From positions 310,001-374,000 of the IMG/VR virus record IMGVR_UViG_3300032782_000001: 64,000 bases of DNA. The stretch is one strand, 5' to 3'. This document shows positions 45,631 through 56,359 of this stretch, piece by piece (within the stretch, counting starts at the first letter, position 1; each line of letters begins with the position of its first letter). Made by a program: the position numbers and the translations under genes. A model generated the notes under the pieces. It worked only from the letters and a program-made list of their open reading frames with translations. It did not search any database and was not told the origin of the DNA.

Positions 45631-48000
45631 TCACCAGTTGATGTCGGACGAATCGATTTCCACCGAGGCCTTGCGACCCTTGGCGGGGCCTTTCTTGCCG
45701 AAAGGAGGGGCCTTCTTACCACCAAAAGGTGGCTTCTTGCCCTTTCCCTTGGCAGCCTTTTCCTGCGCAGCCTTTTCCTGCGCAGCCTTTTCCTGCGCAG
45801 CCTTTTCCTGCTGCGAAGTCTTCTTACCCTTCTTCTTGTCGTCCTTCTTCTTCGCAGCGGCAAGGATAGGAGTGAGAATCTTGCGAGTGGAAGGAATCGC
45901 ATACGCGATTCGCACGAGTAGGGACAGAGGAACGCGAGCACTCGCGGTCTTGTGTCCCAATTCATCAGTGATGGAATCGAAGCCTTTCATGAACTCTTCG
46001 ATATCCTTCGCATCGAAAAGCTTCTTGGCTTCATCTTTGAGCTTCTTGAAGTCCTCATCACTCATGGACTTCATTGAGATTTCTTCGCCGGGCGCAACAG
46101 CCTGTTGTTCTTGTTGGCCTTGCTGTTGTTGCTGCTGGCCCTGCTGGCCCTGCTGCTGTTGCTGCTGGCCCTGTTGTTCTTGCTGTTGGCCTTGCTGCTG
46201 TTGCTGCTGCGAGGTGTGACCGCCCTCCTGCTCCTCGTCCTGCTCCTGCTGGCCAACGTGCATCCGGATGTTTTGCGCAGGCTCCGCCTCCGAAGAGACC
46301 AGCGCGCGCAGGTTCTTGACGATCTCAAGCGAAGCCTGCGGATCCGATTGACGGAGGTCGGAGGCAACGCGAAGGATCCTCTGGACGTGCGGGTTCTTGG
46401 AATTCTGGTTCATGTTTGAGGCGCTCCTGCTTGCTTTGCTCCGGGTGGGAAGAACGGTCTCCGAAAACGTATCCCAGTCCCATCCGGCGAGCCGGTTGAG
46501 GAGCATGTCATACGTCTCGGTATCGATTTTGGATTGGTAGAGATTATCGTCAGCAAGATGGATAGAGAGGTCCAGTGCGGCTCGGAAGCGTGCATCGGGT
46601 GCACCACCTTCCCAATCGTACTTGAGCCAATCCTCCTCCATGAGCTGCTTAGCAAACTTCAGAATGGAGTCGAAATTCTCCTTACTGAAGTATCGCTTAT
46701 CATATGAACGGTATCCAGTGACAGTCGGGCCAGACGGATGCCCCTGTTCTTTCACACCGTGATAAGCAGCTTCCCTGACAGCCATAGTCCTATGGGGTGA
46801 ATTTTCATTAGAAGCTGCTGCACGGAAGAGAGTTTGGACCTCCTCCGGGACTTCCCCATATTTCTTCTTCAGGTCAGATTCCAGTTCCTTCATGTAAACC
46901 CGGGGGTCCACAACGGGTTTCTTTGTCCGAAAGAAACTGTCTAGACTATTGAGGACTCGGTCGAAATCCTTACCGGGAGTATGCCCGCTGTCAGAACCCG
47001 GGCCCAAAGTTTCCATGGCATGATGCCACTCTTCCATTATAGTCCCGAGTTCCAAGAGCTTGGAAGCCTGGGCTTGGACTACTTTGGAAAGTCTGTCCAT
47101 ACCCGCCGATAGACGTCCGGCGTCAATAGAATCAGGATTATCAAGTAATATATTTAAAGCTGCGGCAAGTTGTGCAAATCGTAGGATTACCCCCGATTTA
47201 ATATCTTTAGAAGAAGGACCACCAGCGGTACTTTCAATTATTCGTTTAATGAGCTTCCGATCGCTAATTACATCCCCCGGCTTCCCACGTTCGAAGGGGG
47301 CCTTAAAAGCATCAGGTATGGGAATGGCATCGACAGATCGTCGAATAGCTCCAATAACTGAAGCTCTGCCAACCCAATCATCTTTAACCCCATTAGGCCA
47401 GGCTTCAGCAATCCTTTGAGCCAAAGCTTTGGGTTCAGATGAAGAGAAGAGTTTACTCAAAGATTTCTCTTTAATAGAGATATCTTTCTCTTGTTTAGCT
47501 AAAGCCTCTGCTGACTTGGCGGGGTCATCCGTACTAAGCTTCCCCGGACCAACACCAGAGGCAGCAAATTCTGAAAACGCTTTACCCAATGCAGGAGAAG
47601 CGCTTTCAAGTTTGCTTTTGAAGCTCTCCAAAGCTTTCTGGAGCTTATTAGCACCTTTAGATTCAGGCAAAGCAGGTTTAGACGGCTTGGGAACTTTTTC
47701 CGGCTTGGGCTTCGGAGTCTTGGGTTCCGTTTTTGGCTTCGGAGGTTTTTTTCCTGGGAATTCGGGCGAACGAAGGGTGTCCGCACCAGTGCGGAACATG
47801 ATATTCAGGGCAACATCAGCCAATGACGAAATCTTGCGTTCATCATCAGGCTTCGTATCATCATCTTTTACACGATGGCGCCTATTATCATATTTAGGGC
47901 CACGACGCTCCGTATATTTCCGACTCGGAGGAGGCTTCTTATTGATGAGGCGCTCCGCCTCTTTATCCTCATGCTCCGCAGGTGTCAGGTCGGTAGCCAT
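45631..48000 (-). CDS. Large probable internal head protein with poly-Q and QEKAA repeats
   Basis: 789-aa ORF directly downstream of the portal. Confidence 0.7.
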   Translation of the reverse strand: MATDLTPAEHEDKEAERLINKKPPPSRKYTERRGPKYDNRRHRVKDDDTKPDDERKISSLADVALNIMFRTGADTLRSPEFPGKKPPKPKTEPKTPKPKPEKVPKPSKPALPESKGANKLQKALESFKSKLESASPALGKAFSEFAASGVGPGKLSTDDPAKSAEALAKQEKDISIKEKSLSKLFSSSEPKALAQRIAEAWPNGVKDDWVGRASVIGAIRRSVDAIPIPDAFKAPFERGKPGDVISDRKLIKRIIESTAGGPSSKDIKSGVILRFAQLAAALNILLDNPDSIDAGRLSAGMDRLSKVVQAQASKLLELGTIMEEWHHAMETLGPGSDSGHTPGKDFDRVLNSLDSFFRTKKPVVDPRVYMKELESDLKKKYGEVPEEVQTLFRAAASNENSPHRTMAVREAAYHGVKEQGHPSGPTVTGYRSYDKRYFSKENFDSILKFAKQLMEEDWLKYDWEGGAPDARFRAALDLSIHLADDNLYQSKIDTETYDMLLNRLAGWDWDTFSETVLPTRSKASRSASNMNQNSKNPHVQRILRVASDLRQSDPQASLEIVKNLRALVSSEAEPAQNIRMHVGQQEQDEEQEGGHTSQQQQQQGQQQEQQGQQQQQQGQQGQQQQQQGQQEQQAVAPGEEISMKSMSDEDFKKLKDEAKKLFDAKDIEEFMKGFDSITDELGHKTASARVPLSLLVRIAYAIPSTRKILTPILAAAKKKDDKKKGKKTSQQEKAAQEKAAQEKAAQEKAAKGKGKKPPFGGKKAPPFGKKGPAKGRKASVEIDSSDINW
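45752..45811. repeat. 15-bp coding tandem repeat (GCAGCCTTTTCCTGC x4; encodes QEKAA)
   Basis: Read directly from the sequence. Confidence 0.9.
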
Positions 48001-48031
48001 GGACGTGCATCTTCACGATCGCACTTAAGGG

Positions 48032-49834
48032 CTAGGACTCTTCCTTACCAAATCGATCGCCCTCCTTCTTGACGGATTTCAGACCGAGATTTTTGGTAAT
48101 CTTCTCTTTCACGTCCGTCTCACCGAGCAAATCTTCACCGGCCTTAGTGAGGAGAGCCCGGAGGAGCTCATTCATATTGGCATCTTTCTGAGTCCAAAGA
48201 TCCTTTGCCAATTGCGAATGTGCGTCTTCCACATCAATATTCAGGAGTTCGTAAATATACGCAATGGGAAGAGAACCCTTCTGATACAAGTTATACATGA
48301 AATCTTGGAGTTCTGTGTTATCACGCAGAGCCAAACGCGTAAACTGAAGCTTCGGGTATAAGAGGACTCGATTCCCGTATTCGTCTTCTTCCCAAAAACC
48401 TTTCTTCTCTGCTACAGGCGCAAATAGCTCTTGCTCGACGAATTCTGCGATTTGCTCACGATAGAGCAAATACATAGTATTCATAACATCGAGATGGATT
48501 CGTTCGCCTGAATACGTACTTTCACCTGTCAACATTGGCTCCGTGATCCGGAGACCGATGAACAGAAGTTTGTTAGTAATGTCATATTCGGTACTAAGAT
48601 CCAGGAGACGATCTCTAGAACCAATTTCATCCCAATGAACTTCAAAGTTAGCGACAACAGTGAAATCCGGATCGATGAGGGCTTGATCGATCTGATCACG
48701 AAGATCTTGAACGTCAGGTTCCGACATCTTCTCGGCCCAAACAATGCGCTTCGGCGTCATAGCACGCGAAGCAATTTGAGTTTGAGCTTGGCGAAGCTTG
48801 TCTTGATAGAGGAGTGTTCTCAAACAGCGTTCAAGAATTGAAATTCCGCGGTCATCATAAGGACTCTTCTTGTGCGACAGATGATGACAGAAAGAAGAAC
48901 ATAGATAGTCATCGTAAGGGCTAGTGTTGAGCGGAATAGGCTGGCCACTGAGAAGATTTTCCCGGATTTGTTCCGGGATATCTTCAGCAATTCGGGTGGA
49001 CTCTTCATCATGTTGTTCTTGAGATTTGAGAACAACTAGACGGTCCTTCTCACTAGGAATCAGCTCCATCTTCACGCGATTAGTGTATTGGAATACTTCC
49101 AATTTCACCTGTTCTGGCGGAAGAATTTGGAGTCGTTGCCACCCTTTGTAATTCTTCTCAACGAACCCATGAATGGCCTGGGCCCGTTCACTCTCAGGCT
49201 TAAGCTTCTTACGACGTTCTATCTTCTTGACAGCACGCCCTTCATAATCAACATCCCCGACTTCTTCTTCTTCAACATCAAGAGTTATGGACTCGGGAAT
49301 TTCCGGTCCAATATCGTGATCTTCACAGAAGATGAAAACATTTCCGTGAAGCCAATACTCATGAGTAGCATCGTAAAGTGTCTGGAAAAGACGGACACGT
49401 CTGCACATGACTTCATAAAAATGAAGAATTTGTTTGCACCTGTCCATGTCTTTCCCTTTGGGAAGACTTAGACGAATCTTGGACATAGGAACGTCGGTAT
49501 GGAAGTCTATGGCCGCTCCGACAATAGGATGCGTCGTGTACCAGAATCGGAAAAGTTCCCGTTTCTCACGTTCTGACTGCGGTAACTCGAGGAAATCTGT
49601 GGATAGCTGAGGACTATAGAATGCCGAATCGGCATTCATGATGGAACCGCCTCCAGCGTTCCCGAAATTCCCTCCAAAAGCAGCTACTCGAATAGACTGA
49701 GAGGACTCCCGGCGCGCCTGGCGTTCTAACTTCGTCAGTCGATTTTTCGGGGTGGGAATATTATCCGCGCGAACCACAGGCATGGCTCCGCCCGAGTTCG
49801 ACGGCGGCTTAACCCCTGTCCTTTTGTTCGACAT
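48032..49834 (-). CDS. Portal protein
   Basis: 600 aa downstream of the terminase; HPIVGAAIDFH, YWLHGNVF, RGISILERC portal-like pattern. Confidence 0.8.
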   Translation of the reverse strand: MSNKRTGVKPPSNSGGAMPVVRADNIPTPKNRLTKLERQARRESSQSIRVAAFGGNFGNAGGGSIMNADSAFYSPQLSTDFLELPQSEREKRELFRFWYTTHPIVGAAIDFHTDVPMSKIRLSLPKGKDMDRCKQILHFYEVMCRRVRLFQTLYDATHEYWLHGNVFIFCEDHDIGPEIPESITLDVEEEEVGDVDYEGRAVKKIERRKKLKPESERAQAIHGFVEKNYKGWQRLQILPPEQVKLEVFQYTNRVKMELIPSEKDRLVVLKSQEQHDEESTRIAEDIPEQIRENLLSGQPIPLNTSPYDDYLCSSFCHHLSHKKSPYDDRGISILERCLRTLLYQDKLRQAQTQIASRAMTPKRIVWAEKMSEPDVQDLRDQIDQALIDPDFTVVANFEVHWDEIGSRDRLLDLSTEYDITNKLLFIGLRITEPMLTGESTYSGERIHLDVMNTMYLLYREQIAEFVEQELFAPVAEKKGFWEEDEYGNRVLLYPKLQFTRLALRDNTELQDFMYNLYQKGSLPIAYIYELLNIDVEDAHSQLAKDLWTQKDANMNELLRALLTKAGEDLLGETDVKEKITKNLGLKSVKKEGDRFGKEES

Positions 49835-49862
49835 CAGACCCCTTCAAGACTCCACGAAAACA

Positions 49863-50318
49863 TTATCGACGTCCAGGCGGAGGTAAACCAATTTCTTGAT
49901 CTATCTCCCTCCGAACAATTCCGGCGACTGTCCGGAGAGTCTGTGATAAAGCCCCCATTCTGCGAAATGCAGTTCCGACGTCTTGAAGAGCCCGGTGTAT
50001 TAGCAAACGGCGCGAAAGACGCAAATCTCGAGATGCCCAGAAGGAATGAAGTTTCCGGTCCAACGAAACGAATGAAGCCAAGGCCTTATTAAGGTCCTCA
50101 GCAGCGGAATCAATTTTATGGAAACAGGATTCCAGCATGTCAAAGGATTTCCCGAGCTCTATTCGGGCTTCCTCATATTCAGATTCTCTCAGTGTACCCA
50201 AACCGTCGCCACGCAACATGCGTAAACGAGCTTTTTCCTCTGTGGCAGATTTTTCTGCACGAGAATCTTTCTCTTCCGCAGGTGGATTCTCTGCTGATTC
50301 CGCCATTACCACAGTCAA
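49863..50318 (-). CDS. Hypothetical protein
   Basis: 151-aa ORF in the operon. Confidence 0.55.
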   Translation of the reverse strand: MTVVMAESAENPPAEEKDSRAEKSATEEKARLRMLRGDGLGTLRESEYEEARIELGKSFDMLESCFHKIDSAAEDLNKALASFVSLDRKLHSFWASRDLRLSRRLLIHRALQDVGTAFRRMGALSQTLRTVAGIVRREIDQEIGLPPPGRR

Positions 50319-50320
50319 CC

Positions 50321-50590
50321 CTACTGGTTCGCACCAGTCCCAGCAATAACAGCGGCAACTTTCATTAAGTCCCTGACCTTCATGAAGTTGTCAATGGAGT
50401 CTTCCAGATATTTTACGCAACCCATGTCGCCACCCATGAGACGCTCCCATGAACCTCCACGACGTTGGAAACCCGTCAAAATTTGAAGAAATTCTTTATC
50501 ATCCAACTTGGCGTCTGGTCCCCAGGTGTGATCGACGATTTGTCGAACAATCCGGTACGCAGCAGTATCCTTCACTCCGACGTCCATCAT
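50321..50590 (-). CDS. Hypothetical protein
   Basis: 89-aa ORF in the operon. Confidence 0.55.
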   Translation of the reverse strand: MMDVGVKDTAAYRIVRQIVDHTWGPDAKLDDKEFLQILTGFQRRGGSWERLMGGDMGCVKYLEDSIDNFMKVRDLMKVAAVIAGTGANQ

Positions 50591-50647
50591 GACGGATTGA
50601 AGATAACAATTCTAGCTCTCGAAGAGAAACTGCGAATAATTCGATAT

Positions 50648-52606
50648 TTATCGACGACGCATAATCGATGGCACGGTCCGATTCTTGTCCAGCCCCCCAT
50701 GCAAACGGGCTCGAGTCCGGTAAAAGTGCCGATAACCGTAATTTTGGGTTACCGGAGGAGCCGAAGTATGAATGACACTGGATTCAAGGACACCAGGATG
50801 TTCTCTAACATATTCTGAGGCCAGATAGATACTCCGAACAACAGCATCAGACATGTCATCGTGTTTGCCAGCGACTTTAGGAGCTTCCACGACAGTAATA
50901 TTTTTGCCACCTGAAGTGGCCTGGAGTTCTAACATTTCAGAAATTAGTGGAGAATGCAGCTTAGTAGCTGTATCCGAAGTAATGGAGTCCGGTACCGGAT
51001 GATCATATAACGCAAATTTATTACTAAACATCAGCATCTTCGCGGTCTGGTAAACCTGTGAAGATTCTGAAGCAGAAAAATTACGCATTTCAAATTGAGT
51101 AAGGCCACGCTTATGGAGCTCTTGCTCGAAAACATGGCCAGCCCATTGATCAAAGATGCCGCCAATGATAAAGAATCGACTAGAAAGAACTTTGAACCAT
51201 TCAGCGAGTTCCGAGAGATCCAACCTCGGAACGTCTTGAAGTTTCATAGCATACTCCGTCATCGGAGCTTCTAATTGTGGATTGGAATCTTTCCACTTCT
51301 TCTTTGCATACCAAACTTCATGATAGGCAAGTTCTATTTTCCCACCACGAATATGGGTTAATGCGATAGCAGTGCCGTCGTTCACGAGAGCAAAGTCAAC
51401 ACCGGCCCAAAAAGGTTCCCGAGGGTTTCCGCGAGTTAGAGGTCGGAGATCCGGAATTACGCAGTCAAGCAAATCGCGATGATCTTCAATCCAGCCACGA
51501 ACACGATCCGAGAATTCGGCACCATGTTCAGTTGCAAAAGATTTTGGGTCCTTATGGAATTCTACCTCATAATAAGACCGGTCCAAAGTGGGATTGACTT
51601 CCCACGTCGGAGCCTGAATCATGAGCATATTTGCTGATTCTGTGCCTTTCGTGAGTGATAATTGATAGAGACGATAGAAAAAGCCTTCTCGAGCGTCCGG
51701 AGATGAAATAGATATGACGCGACCATCAGAAGGACCTAAGGGCCTCCTACGATTCTTCGGATCTTTGGGAGAAAATTGAGAAATAGATGGAACAATAGCT
51801 TTGTAGACGCGCTCCGCAGAAGACTTCCCATCGTCCACAAAGAATGCAAGCTCGTCCAGGATCACTGCCATAATTCCGCGGCCACGGAGACCCTTGGCGA
51901 TGGAACTCTTGAAAGTAGCGACGATTGAAGCTTTTTTATTTTTCTTTTTGTCTTGATCCGTTTGAAATTTTAGGAACGTCTGCGTCTTCCCAGAAATAGC
52001 AGACTTGAAATAGTCGACTTCATCAACGTATCCACTCATGTCGCCGTAAACGATGGAGGCCTGTTCCTTATCGTTGGCAACGCAGAGAATACGAATTTCA
52101 CTACCAGAGGGAATGCCGTAATGGGCCTGGGGATGGCCTCTGGCTAAGAGCTTGTAAATCTCATACGCAGCAATGAGTGCAGAAATCGTACTCTTACCAG
52201 CACGACGTCCTAGAACTAGGACTAATTCCTTCCGAGATTTGGTTAGATCTTGCTCACGAATGTTACAACGGCCTTGATCGAACAAATAACGGAGGTATTG
52301 GACTTCCGTCAATGTATGCAGGATTCTTTCTCCGAATCTATCTGTGACCCGAATTTGATCTTTTTCGTTTTCAGGAAGCTCATCGGAAAGGGGGATACTA
52401 TAGTATAGCTTCAGAATGAATTTTTGAACGGGAAAGAGACCTTCCGGAAGAAGTTTAAACCTCTCAATGAAATCAATAATGTTTAGAAATTCTGTATCGC
52501 CTTCAGCTTTACCATCAATATTGACTCGAGTAGAACGCTTCTTATCAAGGAACGCATCGATCGTCCCAGTCAAGCTACTCTTTTGAGTCTTCTCAGTGCT
52601 AGGCAT
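50648..52606 (-). CDS. Terminase large subunit
   Basis: Walker A GRRAGKST; Walker B VILDE; motif III ISSP; nuclease GVDFA...HDDMSDA. Confidence 0.92.
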   Translation of the reverse strand: MPSTEKTQKSSLTGTIDAFLDKKRSTRVNIDGKAEGDTEFLNIIDFIERFKLLPEGLFPVQKFILKLYYSIPLSDELPENEKDQIRVTDRFGERILHTLTEVQYLRYLFDQGRCNIREQDLTKSRKELVLVLGRRAGKSTISALIAAYEIYKLLARGHPQAHYGIPSGSEIRILCVANDKEQASIVYGDMSGYVDEVDYFKSAISGKTQTFLKFQTDQDKKKNKKASIVATFKSSIAKGLRGRGIMAVILDELAFFVDDGKSSAERVYKAIVPSISQFSPKDPKNRRRPLGPSDGRVISISSPDAREGFFYRLYQLSLTKGTESANMLMIQAPTWEVNPTLDRSYYEVEFHKDPKSFATEHGAEFSDRVRGWIEDHRDLLDCVIPDLRPLTRGNPREPFWAGVDFALVNDGTAIALTHIRGGKIELAYHEVWYAKKKWKDSNPQLEAPMTEYAMKLQDVPRLDLSELAEWFKVLSSRFFIIGGIFDQWAGHVFEQELHKRGLTQFEMRNFSASESSQVYQTAKMLMFSNKFALYDHPVPDSITSDTATKLHSPLISEMLELQATSGGKNITVVEAPKVAGKHDDMSDAVVRSIYLASEYVREHPGVLESSVIHTSAPPVTQNYGYRHFYRTRARLHGGLDKNRTVPSIMRRR

Positions 52607-52607
52607 G

Positions 52608-53189
52608 CTAGTCTACCGAGTCTACTAATTTTTCCCAGTCCAACATATCAGCTTTCATCTGCTGGAATACTAGGTCAATAACTTCAGGAGTAACACCAGA
52701 TTTTTCCATGGATTCATGGAAAAATTCCATCATCAAGTTGAAAATCTTTTGGAAACGAGGAGATTTAAGATCAAGTCGTTCTGCAATGGCAGCTTCTTTA
52801 CGTTTAATGAGTAGTTCAGCAATACTCCGAAGAGAATTGACTCGAGCAACATTGTAGTTCGCCGCGGGCTTTCCAGATTTCGAAATCTGACGCCTTTCCC
52901 ATTTCAGATGGGCAGTCTCCTCGGCCATATCAAGGAGAACGGCGTCTATCAACTCTGAAGTAGAACTGCCATTTTCGAGAGCGAGTATGAGAGCTTGCTT
53001 CCGAACGAAAGCTTCCCGTTCTTTAAACTCTTCTGCAACCAAAGAAGAGTCGATCGGTTCCGGAGTTGGAACCTGACCAGATTGGGTTACAACGTATGGA
53101 GCACCGACATCGTCGGGCGACATCTTTTTGCCGCCCGGGAAGACTAATACCTTGCCGTTCGGAGTGTCATCGCCTTTGTTGTCGTCCAT
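52608..53189 (-). CDS. Hypothetical protein, candidate terminase small subunit
   Basis: Helical 193-aa ORF immediately upstream of the terminase large subunit; positional call only. Confidence 0.4.
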   Translation of the reverse strand: MDDNKGDDTPNGKVLVFPGGKKMSPDDVGAPYVVTQSGQVPTPEPIDSSLVAEEFKEREAFVRKQALILALENGSSTSELIDAVLLDMAEETAHLKWERRQISKSGKPAANYNVARVNSLRSIAELLIKRKEAAIAERLDLKSPRFQKIFNLMMEFFHESMEKSGVTPEVIDLVFQQMKADMLDWEKLVDSVD

Positions 53190-53213
53190 GATCCCTAAAC
53201 AACGCTACCCGTT

Positions 53214-55178
53214 TCAGTCAGTGATGTCGGGCGTGGGAATGGAGACTTCAACGGGACGTGATTTGGACCCCTTGAGGTCAACTTCGAGCTCAGAAGAAGC
53301 GAGTTGATACTTTTCCACAGGGTCTTCCACTTGTGGAACAGGATCGTGAAGAACCCTAAGAGCCTTCCGCTGGTCAGCAGCCGTTCGGACCTCCGTCGGG
53401 ACCTGACGGATAAGCGATTTGGCATACTTAGAACACCATCCCGGTGCCGTTTGAAGAACGCATCCGGTGCACCCAGAAGCGGCTAGAACATACGGAGCAC
53501 CCCGTTTCCGGAACTGTTGGGCTCCTACAACGCAGCCTTTACCGTAATCTAAATATGCAGTGGGATCGATGAAATATTCACCTTGAATCCCATCATCAGC
53601 TGCCAGTCTCCGCCCTACCTCCGGAACTTGACACAAATCAGAACGAGTATAACGGCTAAGAACAGCAGCTTGGAGCTTCTTACCCGATAGACCAGTATTC
53701 ATCATATGGGAAATGGAGCGTCGAACTTCTTCAGCATCCATCTCCCTGGTTTCGAGTTCCGCGATCGGGTCTCCGTAATGAGCAGTTACGAGAACCGGCC
53801 CAGAGAAATCGTTGACTTCTTCCGGAACATCTGGCTGGAACAAATTTGCCTGAGCAACTAATGTAGACCAATTGGCTTCAGTTCCATGAACGCGAGAAAT
53901 AGCCGTATGAACTTGATCAGTAGAAATCCTACCATGAGTAGCCGCCCTATCTAGGGCAGCTTTGAACATATCAAAGGAGGGTTCGGGACGGGACGACACA
54001 ATAGGAGCCTGTTGACAGAGTTCTGCACATGCTCCATCGGAAGTTCCTTTGCACATAGTGCAAAATGATGTCCGACGAAGGAAAAAATCTGGAGTCAGAT
54101 TACGAGACCGAACAAGATCGAGAGTGGGGCGGCAACCACCCATCGCATCCATATCGAGATAAGTATGTCCGATAATGCCATATTCTCGGGCGAGTTTCCG
54201 AACTTCCGAGTTGGACGAAGCTGAAAGAGTAGGAAGATCTGCCGCCCCAAGCATGAGTTGGCGAGCAGCTTTGAGATAGAGAGGCCCGGGCATCTCTTCC
54301 GCATCGGATTTTGCCATCCGGCGTTCCCAGAATGAACGAATGTCCGCTTCCGTCACCGGAACAGGAAGGGGACGAGGATGGTGCTGGATAGTTTGAACAG
54401 CCTCCCCGCGATGAGAAATGGGAGTCCTGAGAAATGCAGTCTGAATGGCCGTTTTTCGGTCACCATCCGTCATGGATGCAGAAATGCGGACATCTCCCAG
54501 TCTCTTCTCATCAGCAAGCTGGACAGCATAATGAGCAAAAGTCCGAGAATCATACGGGACTTCGTCTACAATGCGCTTCTTGAAAGCACCGCAGACGCCG
54601 CCTTGATTGTGCACACAATTCGTGCATTCGTCCTTCGCAAGAACGAACAAAGCTCGTTTGGCTTTGGAAGCTACGAATTTCTTATCGGCCCCCTCTTGGG
54701 CACACTTCGGGAAGTGACTTGCGTCAATGTAAACATTGCCAAGCAGCCCACGGGCTTCCAAAACAGGTTGGACTTCGGCAGAAGCCGCTCGAAGGTCCTC
54801 AGGGCCAAATTCTTTTTGAAGTCTATCTGCTACATCTTTGGAACTAAGGCCGGCCATCATGTAATGAGCAACACGATTGCGGACGATGTGAGAAGCTGCA
54901 CGTAGTGTTGTCCCCGGTTTATCCAGGGGGTTCTCATTAACAATCGTATGAGGACGAAGAGGAATCAAATGGGGAATCCGTTCGTCCCCTTCCTGCATTA
55001 GAGCAGTTTGAAGCTCCGGGATGGTATCGAGATTCTGCTTGGGCAGCGTCTCTGATGCCCGATACATTTCCTCATCTACAGCCAACCAAGATAGGTCGGA
55101 CACACCTTGGTTATGCATCAGCTCAGTTAGGTCTCCGAGCCCGTCATAACTAAGATCCGGAAGTTTCTTGTCAGCCAT
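53214..55178 (-). CDS. Hypothetical protein with three Cys-rich repeats
   Basis: G..G..Y.D....C...CxxC.....C occurs three times; start MADKK overlaps the upstream stop. Confidence 0.7.
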   Translation of the reverse strand: MADKKLPDLSYDGLGDLTELMHNQGVSDLSWLAVDEEMYRASETLPKQNLDTIPELQTALMQEGDERIPHLIPLRPHTIVNENPLDKPGTTLRAASHIVRNRVAHYMMAGLSSKDVADRLQKEFGPEDLRAASAEVQPVLEARGLLGNVYIDASHFPKCAQEGADKKFVASKAKRALFVLAKDECTNCVHNQGGVCGAFKKRIVDEVPYDSRTFAHYAVQLADEKRLGDVRISASMTDGDRKTAIQTAFLRTPISHRGEAVQTIQHHPRPLPVPVTEADIRSFWERRMAKSDAEEMPGPLYLKAARQLMLGAADLPTLSASSNSEVRKLAREYGIIGHTYLDMDAMGGCRPTLDLVRSRNLTPDFFLRRTSFCTMCKGTSDGACAELCQQAPIVSSRPEPSFDMFKAALDRAATHGRISTDQVHTAISRVHGTEANWSTLVAQANLFQPDVPEEVNDFSGPVLVTAHYGDPIAELETREMDAEEVRRSISHMMNTGLSGKKLQAAVLSRYTRSDLCQVPEVGRRLAADDGIQGEYFIDPTAYLDYGKGCVVGAQQFRKRGAPYVLAASGCTGCVLQTAPGWCSKYAKSLIRQVPTEVRTAADQRKALRVLHDPVPQVEDPVEKYQLASSELEVDLKGSKSRPVEVSIPTPDITD

Positions 55179-56358
55179 TTCGATCCTCGGACTTCTCCAG
55201 ATCTGCCACCACATGTGCGAGGTCTGCCGCACTGCGCCTGAAAACTGACGCTACCTCAGGAATGAGGATGTTATCAACTTCCAGTTGGATCAACTTATCC
55301 CGAAGCATCGAAGCCGCCGTTTTGAAACTGACAGATGCCTCTTTAGCTACTGGGAATTGATCCAAAACATCGGCTACCACTACCTTGTGTCGGTGTTTGA
55401 GGCATCGAATGATATCCGATGCCAAAAATTGAGGATGACCCCCATCCTGGAGGAAAGCCATAACATGACGACGGGTAAGACCTTTCTTGCCGTTCTTTTT
55501 CAAGAACTCAGAAGTCAGATCGCCCACAAGGTTGAGGTCCGTAGCCTGCCTATTCATGTCATTCCTCATGCCCGACAACCGAGAGGCCATCAACCTTCCA
55601 CCATCCTGGTTGTCTGACCTATCATAGTCCACATTTTCAGCGAAATCCGTAGCGGGAAATCCTTGAGGACCGGATACGTCTTCGACTTCAAAACCGGACC
55701 AAAAATTTCCGAGAGCACCCAAGAAATCATCCATTGAATTCTCATTCTTGGTAACACCCGGCAGCTCAGTGTCTCCCGTTTTTTCGGTAGCCCAAGCTCC
55801 AGAATCTTCATCAGGCCAAATATCACTCAAAGCTCGACCGTCAATCTGACCCGTCTGCATCCGGTCATAATAGTCAGATCTAGCTGCAGGATTATCTTCA
55901 TCAGTCGGAAGTTTGGAAGTGGCAGTCGGAAGGACGTCGTTCTTGGTGTCGTCCGCAGGCCTGCGACTACGAGGAGGCCTGTCTAAATCTCCCGGTAAAT
56001 CACCAGAGGATTGATGCCAGGTGCAATATTTGTGTTGGAACCAGTCATTATAATCTGCAGCAGTATGACCAGGATGGGCTAGAAACCAGTCTGAACGAGC
56101 CCGATTAGCCCGCTCACGAAGTTCACCTTCAGTTATATAAGATGCATGCTTCCCTTGAGAATCCGCATCTTGTGGATAACTCAAAAGTCTATCCGGACCG
56201 AACGGGTCTAAGGGCCCTCCATCGTCAGGCAAAGCCTTCGGAGTGGACTCCTCATCATCTTCTCCGTGTTCACCATTCAGAGACGAATCGTACGTGCCGA
56301 TCCCGAAATCCTGGACAGCCTTAGAAGTCGTGTCTGTAGTAGGAAGACCAGTCGGCAC
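55171..56358 (-). CDS. Acidic hypothetical protein (probable virion)
   Basis: 395-aa ORF. Confidence 0.65.
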   Translation of the reverse strand: MPTGLPTTDTTSKAVQDFGIGTYDSSLNGEHGEDDEESTPKALPDDGGPLDPFGPDRLLSYPQDADSQGKHASYITEGELRERANRARSDWFLAHPGHTAADYNDWFQHKYCTWHQSSGDLPGDLDRPPRSRRPADDTKNDVLPTATSKLPTDEDNPAARSDYYDRMQTGQIDGRALSDIWPDEDSGAWATEKTGDTELPGVTKNENSMDDFLGALGNFWSGFEVEDVSGPQGFPATDFAENVDYDRSDNQDGGRLMASRLSGMRNDMNRQATDLNLVGDLTSEFLKKNGKKGLTRRHVMAFLQDGGHPQFLASDIIRCLKHRHKVVVADVLDQFPVAKEASVSFKTAASMLRDKLIQLEVDNILIPEVASVFRRSAADLAHVVADLEKSEDRNG

Positions 56359-56359
56359 G

